A stretch of DNA of 64,000 nucleotides from NCBI GenBank assembly GCA_001179505.1, contig CDMY01000033.1:142984-206983 (forward strand), written 5' to 3'. Each line of letters starts with the position of its first letter. Within the stretch, counting starts at the first letter, position 1. This document shows, piece by piece, positions 1 through 15,000 of the stretch. This DNA comes from Vitrella brassicaformis CCMP3155 (taxonomy: Eukaryota > Protista > Chromerida). Both the position numbers and the translations under genes were made by a program. A model generated the notes under the pieces. The model was not told where the DNA came from and made no database searches. It was given only the letters and a program-made list of their open reading frames with translations.

Positions 1-4
1 GGCG

Positions 5-813
5 ATGCGGGCGAAGGTGGAGGCGCTCAAGGCGGTGGAGCAGCACACGGCGGCCGACCGGGAGGCCGAGCTGCTGGCCGACAGAGCGGCGCGCCAGCAG
101 GAGGCCCCTGATGCTGCTGCGAGCGACCCCCGAGGAGCCGGCCCCAAGATCACCACCACCAGCGCCCCCAGATCAAAGCAGCTGCAGCAGAGGTTGTTGG
201 TGAGAGAGAGAGTGGCGCCCACACCAGGACCGCCCCAGTATGACCCCAACATGAGGGCCTGCCTGCCCACATCCACCACTACTGCGGACCTGGCCCTGTC
301 TGCGTCTCTCTACCGCTCCCGTCTCGTCGCATCACCCACCGCCCGGCCCATGGTGCCCCTCTCACTCCCTGCAGACCAGCGGACCACCGGCGGATGGTCT
401 GCCGCCCAGAGAGACTCGCATGCCCGGTCCCCCACCCACAGCAGCACCGATCCCCTCCCCTGCCTTCGTTCCCGCACCTCTCCAGCACATTCGCGCTCCC
501 CTCGCCCAGCACGCCGATGTGTTCAAGGCCGGTATGGCCCTGGAGGTGCCTGGCCCGCACCCCAACACGGCTGAGGCGGCCAGAGGCGGGTGGGTAGAGG
601 GGTAGGTGTTTGACGGCTCGCGGGGGGAGCACACCTACTGGGAGTACGACTGGGGCAGCGGCGTGTGACTGGTCCGATCCGAGTCCCAGGACGCAAACAT
701 GAGCCTTCGACGCCTGTACGTGCCACAGCCACATGCGGCCCTGCCGGGAGTGTACGTCCCCACTCTACTACCCAGACATGCAGCGCCACCTGCCCGATAC
801 TGCCCGACGCCAT
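5..813 (+). pseudogene. Degenerate coding-like fragment at the window edge; product unknown
   Basis: ORF 5-574 overlaps a second frame (420 onward) reading DVFKAGMALEVPG...GGWVEG*VFDGSRGEHTYWEYDWGSGV*LVRSES, with in-frame TAG (603-605) and TGA (~666). The 5' context is outside the window. Confidence 0.25.
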
Positions 814-2288
814 GACAGCCTGATGGTCACGTCCTTGGGGGGCGTTAAATTACATCGCTGCCTACATTTTATATCCCTAGTGCTGGTTGTCGCGATGTTT
901 GCATTCGTTGACACCAAAGACTTGCTCACAGACATTGAACACGTTCTCACGTGAATCGGACTTATTCTCAAGTATCGGTTTTGTGTCAACCAATCAGACT
1001 TTGCTTGCCTAATGGACACGCCAATCGATTGAATGCACCATGTGTGTGTCTCTCTTTCCATCCATCTAAACAACCAACCGTCTCCCTGATACACATACAC
1101 ATACATACAAAAATACATACATGCCCACCGGCCCACCCACACATCACACACCAGCACGCACACACACGAGGCGGCGATGCATTTCGTGTGGATGAGCTGT
1201 GTTGTTGCTTGTATTGCTGCTGCAGGAGGGTGTTGGGGGCGTTGGTGGGGATGGTGACGGTGGGTCAGGACCGTCCCCAGACCGTTCAACAGAAAGATGC
1301 TCCAACGAACGACAGGTCGGTCGGTGAATGGCAACAGTTCACGCCAACACACACAGCACACCCACGTATCATTCATTCATCGCGGAGGTCTGAGCGGCGG
1401 GGTAGTTCGCTACTGGTGCAGGCCGTCAGGGAAAGGGAAGGGTTTGGCAGGGAGGGAGGGAGGGAGGGAGGGAGAGGGAGGTGGGCTGTGCGCTTGACGT
1501 GGGTGGACGAGCCGGTTTACACCGAGACGAATACCATTCAATTAATAAAGCTCTCTTACACACGCTCATCGGCAGTCAGTCGGTGGGCGTGGGAGTGATG
1601 CTGCCAGCTAGAGGCACATCCATCCAGCCCCTCCGATTCCTGCCAAGCAGAATCGGATGCTGGATATGCTCATGGTGCACCATTCGCTCATGCTCGTCCA
1701 ACAACACATACAGGCAGGTAGGCAGCTCTCGCTTTCAAACACCTTTGTATGCACTCACGCCACACCACACCATACCACACCACCCCACACGGCATGACGT
1801 GACTGACACCCATATCTGTGTGTCTGTTGGTATATCTAAAAACCGCAGCGAGTGGCGCCAGCCATCGATATTCCACTCACTCACGAGTGGTCTCTCCGGC
1901 TGGCGTAAAAATACAACGCAGAGGCAGTACCAATAGGTACGTATGGAGCTCTGACTTTCACGCGGGGCACGCAGACAGACAGGCAGCCGGAAGCAGACAG
2001 ACCAGTCATGTCATGACCCTCCCTCCTCTCGTGGGTGAGGTGACTGACTGACGGAGGGGACACGACTGGACTGTCTTTCTCGCACGCCCCGCCCCTGCGT
2101 TTCTCCCACCCCTCCCTCCCCTCCCCATCCCTCTATCTCTCAACGAGAAACATTGCACACAGACGAGTGCATGCCATGCACACATGGACTCTCTGCCGCT
2201 CTCCCAAGTGGCCGCGCTCTCAGCCCATCCAGCGACTTGTGTGTGGTGCTGGACGGACTTGGGCGTGCCTCGCTCCCATGACATCCGC

Positions 2289-4104
2289 TCACTTGCGCTG
2301 GCGGGCGCCAGAGGCCTCGCCCAACGCCTTCTCCTCTGCATATACACACACAGAAGGCACGCACACATACACATGGCTTGCCCATGTGTGTGTGGCCCCA
2401 CCCCGTAGATACGCATAGGAATGCATACATACCTTCTGCGAGTCTGCCCTCGAGTATCTGGTTGTTGAGTTGGAGCTTGAGCATCTGCAGCTGCGTCTCG
2501 AAGGCGGCTGATCGACGGGCCATTTCGGCAGCGTGTCGGGCATCGAGCAGCAGGATGTCCCACTCAGCACTGCGGAGCGAGATGAGGCAGATGGACGTGA
2601 TCATCTTGGCCACGCTGTCCATCGCGGTGTACCTACACGGCAGGCAGGGCAGGGAGACACGCAGACACAACACAATGGATGAATGTGTGGCAGCCCTGAT
2701 GCGTCCTGCCCTTGACGTGTGCGTGTTCACGTACATGAGCTGCTCTCCCTCAGATGGCAGGATGCCCAGCTGAGCCAGGTGGAAGAAAATGCCGTACTGC
2801 ACACACACACACCAGCCACATACGATGGATGCATGATGGATGGATGAGATTGTGGGTGGGACTCCCCACCCCCCGCATGTGTGCACGTCAGTGAGGTGAG
2901 AGGTTGGCTGCTTACCGATCCCCACCAGACGATGGTGAAGTAGAGGAGGCCCTTCTTGACCCACAGGTCGCCGTGCTTGTCCTGCACGCCATCCGTGAAC
3001 CGGGCCAGGTAGTAGGCCGACGCAAAGTACCCGATGTACGCCCCGTACACGCAGCCCCAGCGGATCAACGGATTCGCAAACACTGCAGCCCTGCAATGCA
3101 TTAACCAACAAAACACAAACGTGACAAGTGTGTGTGAGTAGAACACGGTACGGTGGGCTGGTGTTTCCTCTGTGTGTGGTTGGGTGAGAGGTGACTGGCT
3201 GGCTGGCTGACTGACCAGAGTCCCATCTGTAGGTAGATGGCGGTGATGACCATGGGGGGCAGCACCTTGCTCAGGGGCTGGTTGAAGATCAGACGGCCCG
3301 TCAGATACGTGTACATGGGAGCGGCCATCGTCCACTCGATGAAACGACCACCGTACACACGCCGCCCTGACGGAACAGCACACACGCACAGAGAGACACC
3401 ACACCTTGCATTAGTTAATGTCGCTCGCTGGCGTCAGTGAGTGTGTCGGTCTGTGTATCTCACCGACGACTGGGTCGAGGAATGCGGGTACCATGTCGTT
3501 GGCGAGGAAGATGTACGAGGTCATGATGACGCTCACAATGGTGACGTTGACGGTCGACACCTTCAGCTTGAAGTGCAGGTGGGCGTGGTCGGGGTGCTTC
3601 AAGATGTTCACTATCGTAAACACCATCGGAAACAACTGCACACCACCGAGACACACACACACACACACGATGTTCATTCGTCCACAGTGGGCGAGACATG
3701 TCCCCTCTCTCTCCCTCCCCCCCTGTGTTTTGGGCAGCCGGCTTACTTCCATCATGACGACGGTGCCAAGTACGTAGCATGCGATTTCGAAGAAGTAGAG
3801 CTCCGCACGGTTGGTGTGGACAGCGGGGTCGATGCGCTGTGCCGAGTAGAAGTGCAGGCTGCCCAGCAGCACCGCCCAGATGGCCGCATACGTCCCCGTG
3901 AAGACCGCACTCTCGTAGATGTTGAGTGTCTGCTTCTGCAGCACCTCCTTCTGCTCCTGCGTGTAGTCAGGATCAATTGGCTGCACGCGCACAAAGCACA
4001 CCCATGCACATACGCAGGGAGGGAGAGATGGTCAAGGTCAAGCACATCAGCGCATCTCCCATGTGACCCTCAGGCATGCCGCTCACCTTCAGAATGGATG
4101 CCAT
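2289..4104 (-). CDS. Microbial (type-1) rhodopsin A, 8 predicted TM helices, short C-terminal coiled coil, no enzyme domain
   Basis: The spliced model keeps one frame. Exons: 4104-4087, 3980-~3747, 3635-3464, 3366-3216, 3090-2916, 2796-2735, 2632-2433, 2335-2289. Helix C reads GRFIEWTMAAPMY (cf. bacteriorhodopsin RYADWLFTTP), helix F WWGSYGIFF, and helix G YTAMDSVAKMITS (DxxxK; Lys codon 2605-2607). Confidence 0.85.
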
Positions 4105-4341
4105 CGTGACGCGTTGATCAACTCGTTCAACTCACAAAGCAAAACCCGTTTGGCGCTTCTGGTGAAAGTTTGGTCTCTGAATTCTCTTGTCCTCCTGGCT
4201 GCAACGGTTAGCTGCACGTCGGATTTCCACCGGACTTCGGATTTCCACCGAAGTATCCGCGAGAGGCAGGTCACTCCTCCAACGGCTAGAGTTTTACGTG
4301 AAACCTTCTCTCAGCTTCCGCGGTGCGAGCTTGAATAAGGG
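4105..4341. promoter_or_regulatory. Putative bidirectional promoter of the rhodopsin pair
   Basis: 237 bp between the divergent ATGs, free of microsatellites. Contains direct repeat TCGGATTTCCACCG x2 (4219-4232, 4237-4250). Confidence 0.55.
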
Positions 4342-6945
4342 ATGGCGAGAATGACGTCCACTACTCATCCCACCGTGGGCGGTGCGCCGCCTATGGCACC
4401 CTCCAAGTGTTTCGACAAGGAGGGGATGGGCGGCGAGGAGGGTGCCCTTATCGTACGCAAGACAGTCGAGCGGGACGCCCGCAGCGAGAGCGTTGAGTCC
4501 AAGGCGAGTGTGGACGACACGCTGCCCTACTTTTGTCTGCGTGACCTGAAGTAGGCGCGCCCGCCACACGAGACACGACCCCCCTTGACTCCCTGTGTGA
4601 TGGTTGTGTCTGCAGGCTTTTTGCCTCGTACTTGCTGGCTTGGGGAGTGCTGGTGTGTGTGTGCAATGTGGTGGCTGGCCCGACCGCCAGCCGCAGCCCT
4701 CCCTCGGCCGACAGAGGGCTGTCCTCGGGGGCATTGGCAAAGGTGTTCGGCCTCTCGTCCATGATACTTCTCATCATGGTCGCCATGGAGCTCTTCCCAA
4801 TGATTTTTACCGGCGTGACAGTGCGCCGGGACCCTTCGGACAAGCGGCTGCTGTTCGTTCGAGAGGCGACAGCGGTGCTGTTTTTTGTCAAGGTGGTGTG
4901 TGCGGCGAGTTACGGGATCCTCACCTCGGGTCTGATGCCGTCCCAGCTGGACCACCTGACAGGTCGGCCGGTGATGAGCCTGCGGTCGATGGAGTGGGCC
5001 TGCAGCTTCCCCCTGATCCTGCGACTACACGGCCTGCACGCATTCAAGACCACCAATGAACGCATCTACGCCGCCATGATGCTCGGGTTCTTCACACCTA
5101 TGTTGCTGCACTGGTGAGCCCACCTGACCTGATGCTGGCTGGCTGGCTGGCTGGGGGACTGGCGGTGTCCATCCATCCATCGTTGCCTCTGCCTTTCTTT
5201 CTTTCTTGTGTGTGGTATGTGCCCCTAGGGGATCTCTGGTGCCTCTTACATGGCTGAGTTGGGCCATGCATGGCGCGGCGATTGCGGGCGTCATAGGAAC
5301 CATCTACACGACCTCCAAAGTCTCTCGTGGTGGCTGTGTTTCTGCGCCGTCCCCCCAGCAGCCTGATGGAGATGGAGGAGACTTGGTGGACACCATCTGC
5401 CACTTCATCCTGCTGTGGTCCATCCCCGTCTCGCTAACGGCTCACACGACCATCTTTTGTTTCGCACACAGCGGCCTGCTGTCGATTACGCTTGAGCAAG
5501 TGGGGCTGGCGGCCGTCGATGTGGCCATCAAGGCGGTCGAAACGGTCGCACTGGCGTGCCTCCGCAACAGCGGCTCCAGCCTCATTCTGGAGGAAGCCCA
5601 AAAGGGCTACGGCAACACCACCACAGCCGCCACACCACGACCACAACCGATTATCCAGGACACCGTCACCGCCCACACTCACACACACACGCGGCATGTG
5701 GGCACTTTTCCGGCCAGTGCGGCTGATGCCACCACAGGTGCCAAGGAGGGTGGGCACCTGCGGCAGCGGCAGCGGGGCCAGGCATCAGCAGCCCATGGTC
5801 AGGAGCAGCGGGTGGGCTCCTCCATGTCGTCCTACCATGGGCAGGGTCGGGTGCCCGTTCGCAGTGAGCAGCAGACGCGAGTGGACCTGCTGAAGTTGCA
5901 GCTGCAGAAAGAGCGGCTCGAACATCAGGTCAGCCACTCACCGGGGGTGTAACTACCTGGCAACTGATTCACTATCTGTGTCTCGATCGCTTTGGTGGAT
6001 GGTGCATGCAGCTTGAGCTGTTGGAGTTGAGTCGTCGTCCATCGGCCTCTGCTGCGACTGCCCCTGCCCTGAGCAAGAGCCGCCCCCCACATCCCCCTAC
6101 TGTGCTTCGCCGCAAGAAGAGCAACACCCTGGGGGATGCCAGTGCTGCCCACCCAGGGCTGCCGCCCCGGCCACGGGCCACCAGATCGTCCACCAGCCGG
6201 CTGCACGCCACACTGCCGCCGCGACAAGGCGACAAGCCGGACGGAGACTCGCAGCCGCCAGCTGGTGGGGTCGGGGGGGTGTCGGTGGGTGTGGCCAACA
6301 CCAAGAGCTTCACTCTCGCCGACACCTCTAGCAGCGGGACGAACACGAGTTCGGGCGAGATGGCTCGCAGCCATGTGGGTGCCCGATCTTCGCATCGGCA
6401 GCGGTTGATTGACCGCAAGATGGGGCACTCCACCAAGGGGGGCGGGGGGGCCGACGACGGCACTCTGGACGTCAGACTAGCACTCGGCAAGGCCGCTGAG
6501 ACTGCATGTGAACATTTTGTCAAGCGACGTAAGGAATGCACGGTCGGGACGGGACGCAGACACAGAGGGAGACGGCATGCGCATGTGTGGGCGTCTTTGT
6601 ACATGTGGGTTCAGGTAATGCCTGTTTGAAGAGTCTAAGCAACAAGACCCATCGCGACCTGGTTATCGAGTACCTGGTAAGCGGCTCGCCTCGCCTCGCC
6701 TCGCCGGGCTGCCTGCCTACCTGCCTGCCTGACATCAACAGATACCTGTATATTGTGTGCGTCTGTAGGTGTGCCAGAAGCGCGCGTCATTTCTGGTTCG
6801 ACGGCGTCGCTTGCGCCCACGCCTGACACCAACAATTGCCGCTGCTCTGCGCATGATGTACCAGCAGCAGCAGCCACCACATCATGACCTCACGGGGCAG
6901 TTGGGGGATGCATCTGGCAGTCTTGTGAAGGGGTGTGTGGGGTGA
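4342..6945 (+). CDS. Microbial (type-1) rhodopsin B, paralogue of A, 8 predicted TM helices, coiled coil and long low-complexity tail
   Basis: Exons: 4342-4550, 4616-5113, 5229-5928, 6011-6528, 6615-6676, 6769-6945, all in compatible phases. Helix C reads LRSMEWACSFPLIL and helix G GLAAVDVAIKAVET (DxxxK; Lys codon 5530-5532). It shares MELFPM(I/V)FT, YxxxWxVL and LKLQL with gene A. Confidence 0.8.
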
Positions 6946-8190
6946 AATGAATCAATGAGCTGGGATTTTTGCTTGCGGGGAGACACCGATCACTCTAATG
7001 CTGCTGTGCATGTCTGTCTGTCTGTCTATGTCTGTGTGTTGGGGGAAGTTAGGGAGGCCCTTGACTGACTGAGCTGACAAGGGGCATCCCATGCATTCAG
7101 CTGGGGGGGGGGGAGGTGAGGGCATTCCATTCACCATGCCACTGGGTGGGGTGGGGTGGGCGTTTCAGCCAGCAGGGCGAGTCAGGGCAGGGGGAGTGGG
7201 GGATTTGAAACGACAGGGGCGGTGCGGTGCGCCTGGCGTGAATGCATATCATATGTGCATGCCATATGATACATCCATCTCCTGTATGTATGTATGTATG
7301 TGTGTATGTATGTGGGGGCGGATGTGTGTGGATGGGATGTGGCTGTCCTGTCTGTCAGTCAGTCAGTACACAGACTGACTGAGATGGTTTGTATGGGTGC
7401 CGTGCGGTGGGTACGTATGGGTGGGTATGAATGAGGATGGGTGTAGTGCGCTGTGAATGTTATTACCCACCTCGGCTACCTGTTCAGCCTTGTTCGCTTT
7501 TTGCGCACGCAACACACGTGTGTGTGCAGGTGTCGGTCATGGCTGACCAAGGAGCCGAGAGGGTAATGTAATGGGTGCTGTGGAACTAACTGCTGCCTCA
7601 ACTCAACCCGATTTCTTGTCCATCCATCCACCGTGCTTCCTTTTATGTGTCTGCGTGTAGCTTACATGTATGCGTGTGCGTGTGCGTGCGTGCGGGTGGG
7701 GCGGGTTGTCTGCACGTCCTAACGCTACTGCGATGCTCTGGGTACCTACCTGCGGTCTTTCTTTCCCTGACTTGTCCAAGGCCTGCCTGACACACATGAG
7801 TGAGTGAATGAGTGAGTGGAGCAGACACCTTCTAGTGTAGGGACATAGAGCATGTTGGTGCATGCGGGACCATACAGACACCAGAGAACATTGCTTACAA
7901 AGAGAGAATTTCAATCATGAACTCCACGAATTACGGCCCCCATGCACAGCAGGCGGCCCCCATACACAGCAGGAAGGACAGCACATTCATGGAGTCAGTC
8001 GTGTCTGAATCATATGTTTGTATGTATAGCACCACACCGGGTCATCCATCCATCCATCCGCCCATCCATACGTCTCTCTGTCTGCACATAATGGACGCAT
8101 GGATGGGAGGCTACGCTAGGACAAAGTCAGTCCGGCACTGCCAAGCAGGGATTCAGGCTACAACGGTGCTACCATCCTATGGGTGGTAAT

Positions 8191-11405
<3,215 letters not shown>

Positions 11406-12003
11406 TGTGGGTGACGGTGGACCCAATCACGGGGGAAGCACAGAGAGACGCACAAACCAGAGAAACGCCTCCAGGGTCGCTTGGTTCGGCGGCCTAGCTC
11501 GCGTTCCTTTCGCGAGGCGAGAAGGGCAATTCATTCCTTCGGTGGCATTGCAGTCAGTACCGTCCTGGATCACTCGTTTGCAGACACGCACCAGCAATCA
11601 ATCAAGAGGTCCGTCTGCCGGCCAATGGCATGCACTCACCTCAGGCAGACACCAACCACCTAGCCAGCCAACCCCAGCCGCCCAGCCAGCAGATAGATAG
11701 ATTCGCTCACCACACTCATGGTTGTTTGCTTTAAACCAGCCACCTGTCTGTCTGTCTGTATGCAATGAATGCAGCCATGCCATTGCAGCCCTCCCATTCA
11801 TTCCCAGTCAGCCAGCCAGCCAAAACCGATGATATCATATGCATGTCATGTAAGGATGGCTGTATGTATGTGTGTCTGCAGTATGCACATGGACACGAGT
11901 CAGTCAGTCAGTGAGGCAGTCAGCAGTTAGTTAGGTGAGCAGAGCAAGTAAATGAGTGAGTCTTGGGCGGACGGACGGACGACGTTTCCTTCACCTCACC
12001 CTT

Positions 12004-15000
12004 TCACCCTTTCTGTGGGCGCTTGACGCGGAGCTTCTTCCTCTCTGAAGTCAACCCGACACACATACACACAATGCATGGGGTAAATAGGTAGGTGCAT
12101 GGACGCAGGGGTGTGACGCGTCATGTGACCTACCTTGTTTGGGCGCGGGCGTGAGAGCGCCTGACGAGAATGCAGTGCCCGATGCAGCAGCAGCCCCGAG
12201 GCCGCCACCGAAGGCCGACTGGCTGGCAGCGCCACTGCCCGACACCTGACACACACATAATCCAATGCGCATGTGTCAGAGAGACCAACAAGCGAAGGAG
12301 CCGCTCGTACGTCTCACCTGTGCTTGAGTCAGTCCGCCCCCGAATGCTCCACCCGATGGCGGCTGGCCGAACGGATTCGCTGAGCCGAAAGGTGCCTGGG
12401 GTTGCTGAGGCTGCAGAGAGAAAACGAGACAAACAGACAGACAGATCCACGGCCATCCACCGAGCGGTTGACCTAGGTTCACCTACCTGGCTGAAAATGC
12501 TGCTCTGCTGTGCAGCACCGCCGGCGGTTTGCTGGCCGAAGGCTCCCCCGCCGAAAAGGCTGCCGCCTGTTGATGCTGATGAGCCGCCGAACAAAGACGA
12601 CCCCGCCACGCCTGATCGATCCACACGCAAACACACACACATGCCATCCATCCATCCACCTCTGCCGTGTTCGCTTCATGACCCTCACTCACCACTAGTT
12701 CTGAAGATGCTCCCTCCTGAAGAGGTCCCCGCCCCCGTGCCACTGGTGCCGCCGAAGAGGCTGCCCGCCGTCTGTCCAAATATGCTACCGCCCGTCCCAG
12801 GTGCGGCAGCTCCACCGCCAAACAGGCCGGACCCCCCGCTGCTTGTGCCTGCGCCACCGCCGAACAGGCTGCCCGTGGACGCGTCTCCCCTAAACAGAGA
12901 CCCGCTTCCCGACGCTGCCCCTGCGGCAGCAGAGGCGGCCTCTGCCACGGCCGCACCGAACAGGCCGCCCCCTGTGCCAGAAGAAGGCGCCTTGGCGGGT
13001 GCGAACAGGCTGGTGGCTGGTGTGGTTGTCGACTGCGATGCAGACGGTGCGGGTGCGGTGGCTGGCGCGAAGAGGCCGCCAGCTCCAGGCTGTGTCTGGG
13101 CGGTCGTGGCGGCTGGGGCCGTGGTGGCGAACAGACTTGCGGTTGACGCTGGTGTGAGGGTGACAGCGGGGGCCTGTCCTTCGCTCAGTCGATTGAAGAC
13201 GCTCACGCGTGGCTTGGCAGCATCTGATGCTGCCGAAGGGGCGGCGCCCGTTGATGGGGCAGCGGCCGTGCCTCCGAAGGTGAACAGTGATGACGTTGCC
13301 TCAGCAGCACCAGCATTGGGAGGGGGAGTGGCGAAGATGTTGACACTCGACGAAGGGCCAAGCAGAGACGACAGTGGTAGGTCATTTCTCGCCGGCAGGC
13401 CGTTGGCACGGACGTCCTCGGGTGCAGCCGTGGTGGTGCCGTTGACCGATCCGAATGTGGCCCCCGCAAACAGCGCGCCGCCACTGGTCGAGGGCAGCGC
13501 AGAATCGGATGTCATGGATGAGAGGGTGGAGTAGGTGCCAAATAGGCTGCCAGTGCCCAGCAGGGGCGTGTAGGGGAGGGCGGTGCCATTGGAGGTGAGA
13601 AGGGGTCCTTCGTCTGCTGCTGCCGCCGCGGCAGGCACACCGTTGGCCCTGGGCTGTCCGTCTTGTGCCTCCTCTTGGTCGTCGTCTGCGAACACTCCCT
13701 CTCCCTCGTCAACCCCCACCATATTGGGCTTGCCCACGTTGGCCAGCCACCACGGCACGCCACCTGCATTGCAGTGCATTGCACCCATCCAAGCGTCAAG
13801 TCAACCACATAACACACACCATGGCCATCCATTCATTCGCTCTCCGCCCTGTCTGTGTGTGTGCCGTTCGTTTGTCCGTACCTGCGTCTTGTGCCGGTGC
13901 CGTAGGTGCGGGTGCAGGTGCAGGTGCTTGCGCCGGCGCCGCAGCGGCTCCCGTGCTCACAGATATGCTAGGGTCCTTCTGGTCTCCACCTGCAGCAGCT
14001 GCAGCTGCAGCAGCGACACCCTGACCCGGCTCACCAGGCCGCAGGCCGGGAAAGGCACCGCCAGTGGCGGGCCTGGCACCCGCAGCCTCTTCGTTTCCTC
14101 CCTCCCGCTGCTGTTGCACCTCAGTCGTCGTGCCGAATGTGGGCAGCAGTGTGGGCAGTGGCCGGGGGGCCACGCCCGTGTCGGGCTTCTTCTCTTTGGT
14201 GGCTCGTCCCGCCTCGTGTGCCGCCCCCTCGGCCCGGCGCTTCTTGTCGTTGGCGGCGTCGACCATCTGGTCGCTGTCGCTGGCGGCTGCGGCACCGGTG
14301 GCGAAGAGCGACCCCTCGCCGGTCTTGTTCATGTGGAAGAGGGCCATGCCGCCACCTGACGGCGGGGCTATGAAGACATGCTGCTGCTGGCTCCCGGGAG
14401 GACTGGTAGTGAACAGCGAAGGCTGGGGCTCCACCGATGGCTGTTGGACCACACGAGCTGCCGCAGCAGCAGCAGCGGCCGCAGCGGGTGGCGGTTCGGC
14501 AGGTGAGCTGTCCTGGGAGAGGGGCCGTGTGGGGGAGGAGCCGAATGTGGGGGTGGGTGGAGAGGGGCGGTCGTCGTCTGGTGAGTGGGCTGTGGGCGAG
14601 GCCAGGTGCGGGTCGGTGTGTGACATGCCCAGCGGCGGGGGCCTCTGCCGACTCTCCTCAGCCTGTTTGGACAGCCACCACAACACAAAGAGGCAGACGC
14701 ATCGGGCAGTGTCGGTGGCCTCATTCATGTGTATGTTGTGCACCGTACCTTTCTGGCCTCCTCTTGGATGATTCTCCTCCTGATTTCCTCTGCCTCCTTC
14801 CTGCGCGCCTCTTCCACCTCCTTCTCCCGCTTCTCGCGCTCCTGGCGGGCCCTCGCCTCCAGCTCCCTGCGCTTCTTGTACAGATAATCCTGCACACGCA
14901 CTCAGGCCATGGACGGATGGATGGATGGATGGCGGTGAGCCGCGCAAACTCACCAGTGCATTGTCATTGTTGAACCTGCGTGACCGGCCATGACGCCGCA

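Noticed and set aside
603-668. Selenocysteine or stop readthrough at the two in-frame stops
   Set aside because: Mixed TAG and TGA, no SECIS evident, no selenoprotein motif.
856-880. CTAG after the repeat core as a Helitron 3' end
   Set aside because: No subterminal hairpin seen, and the other copies do not end in CTAG.
2289-6945. Rhodopsin-histidine kinase, cyclase or PDE fusion
   Set aside because: No H-box, HATPase, cyclase or PDE motif in any exon before the stops of either gene.
12170-13534. 454-aa plus-strand ORF (also 18760-19701, 14064-14771, 42586-43584 and similar)
   Set aside because: Antisense or alternate-frame shadows of GC-rich real exons; no motifs.
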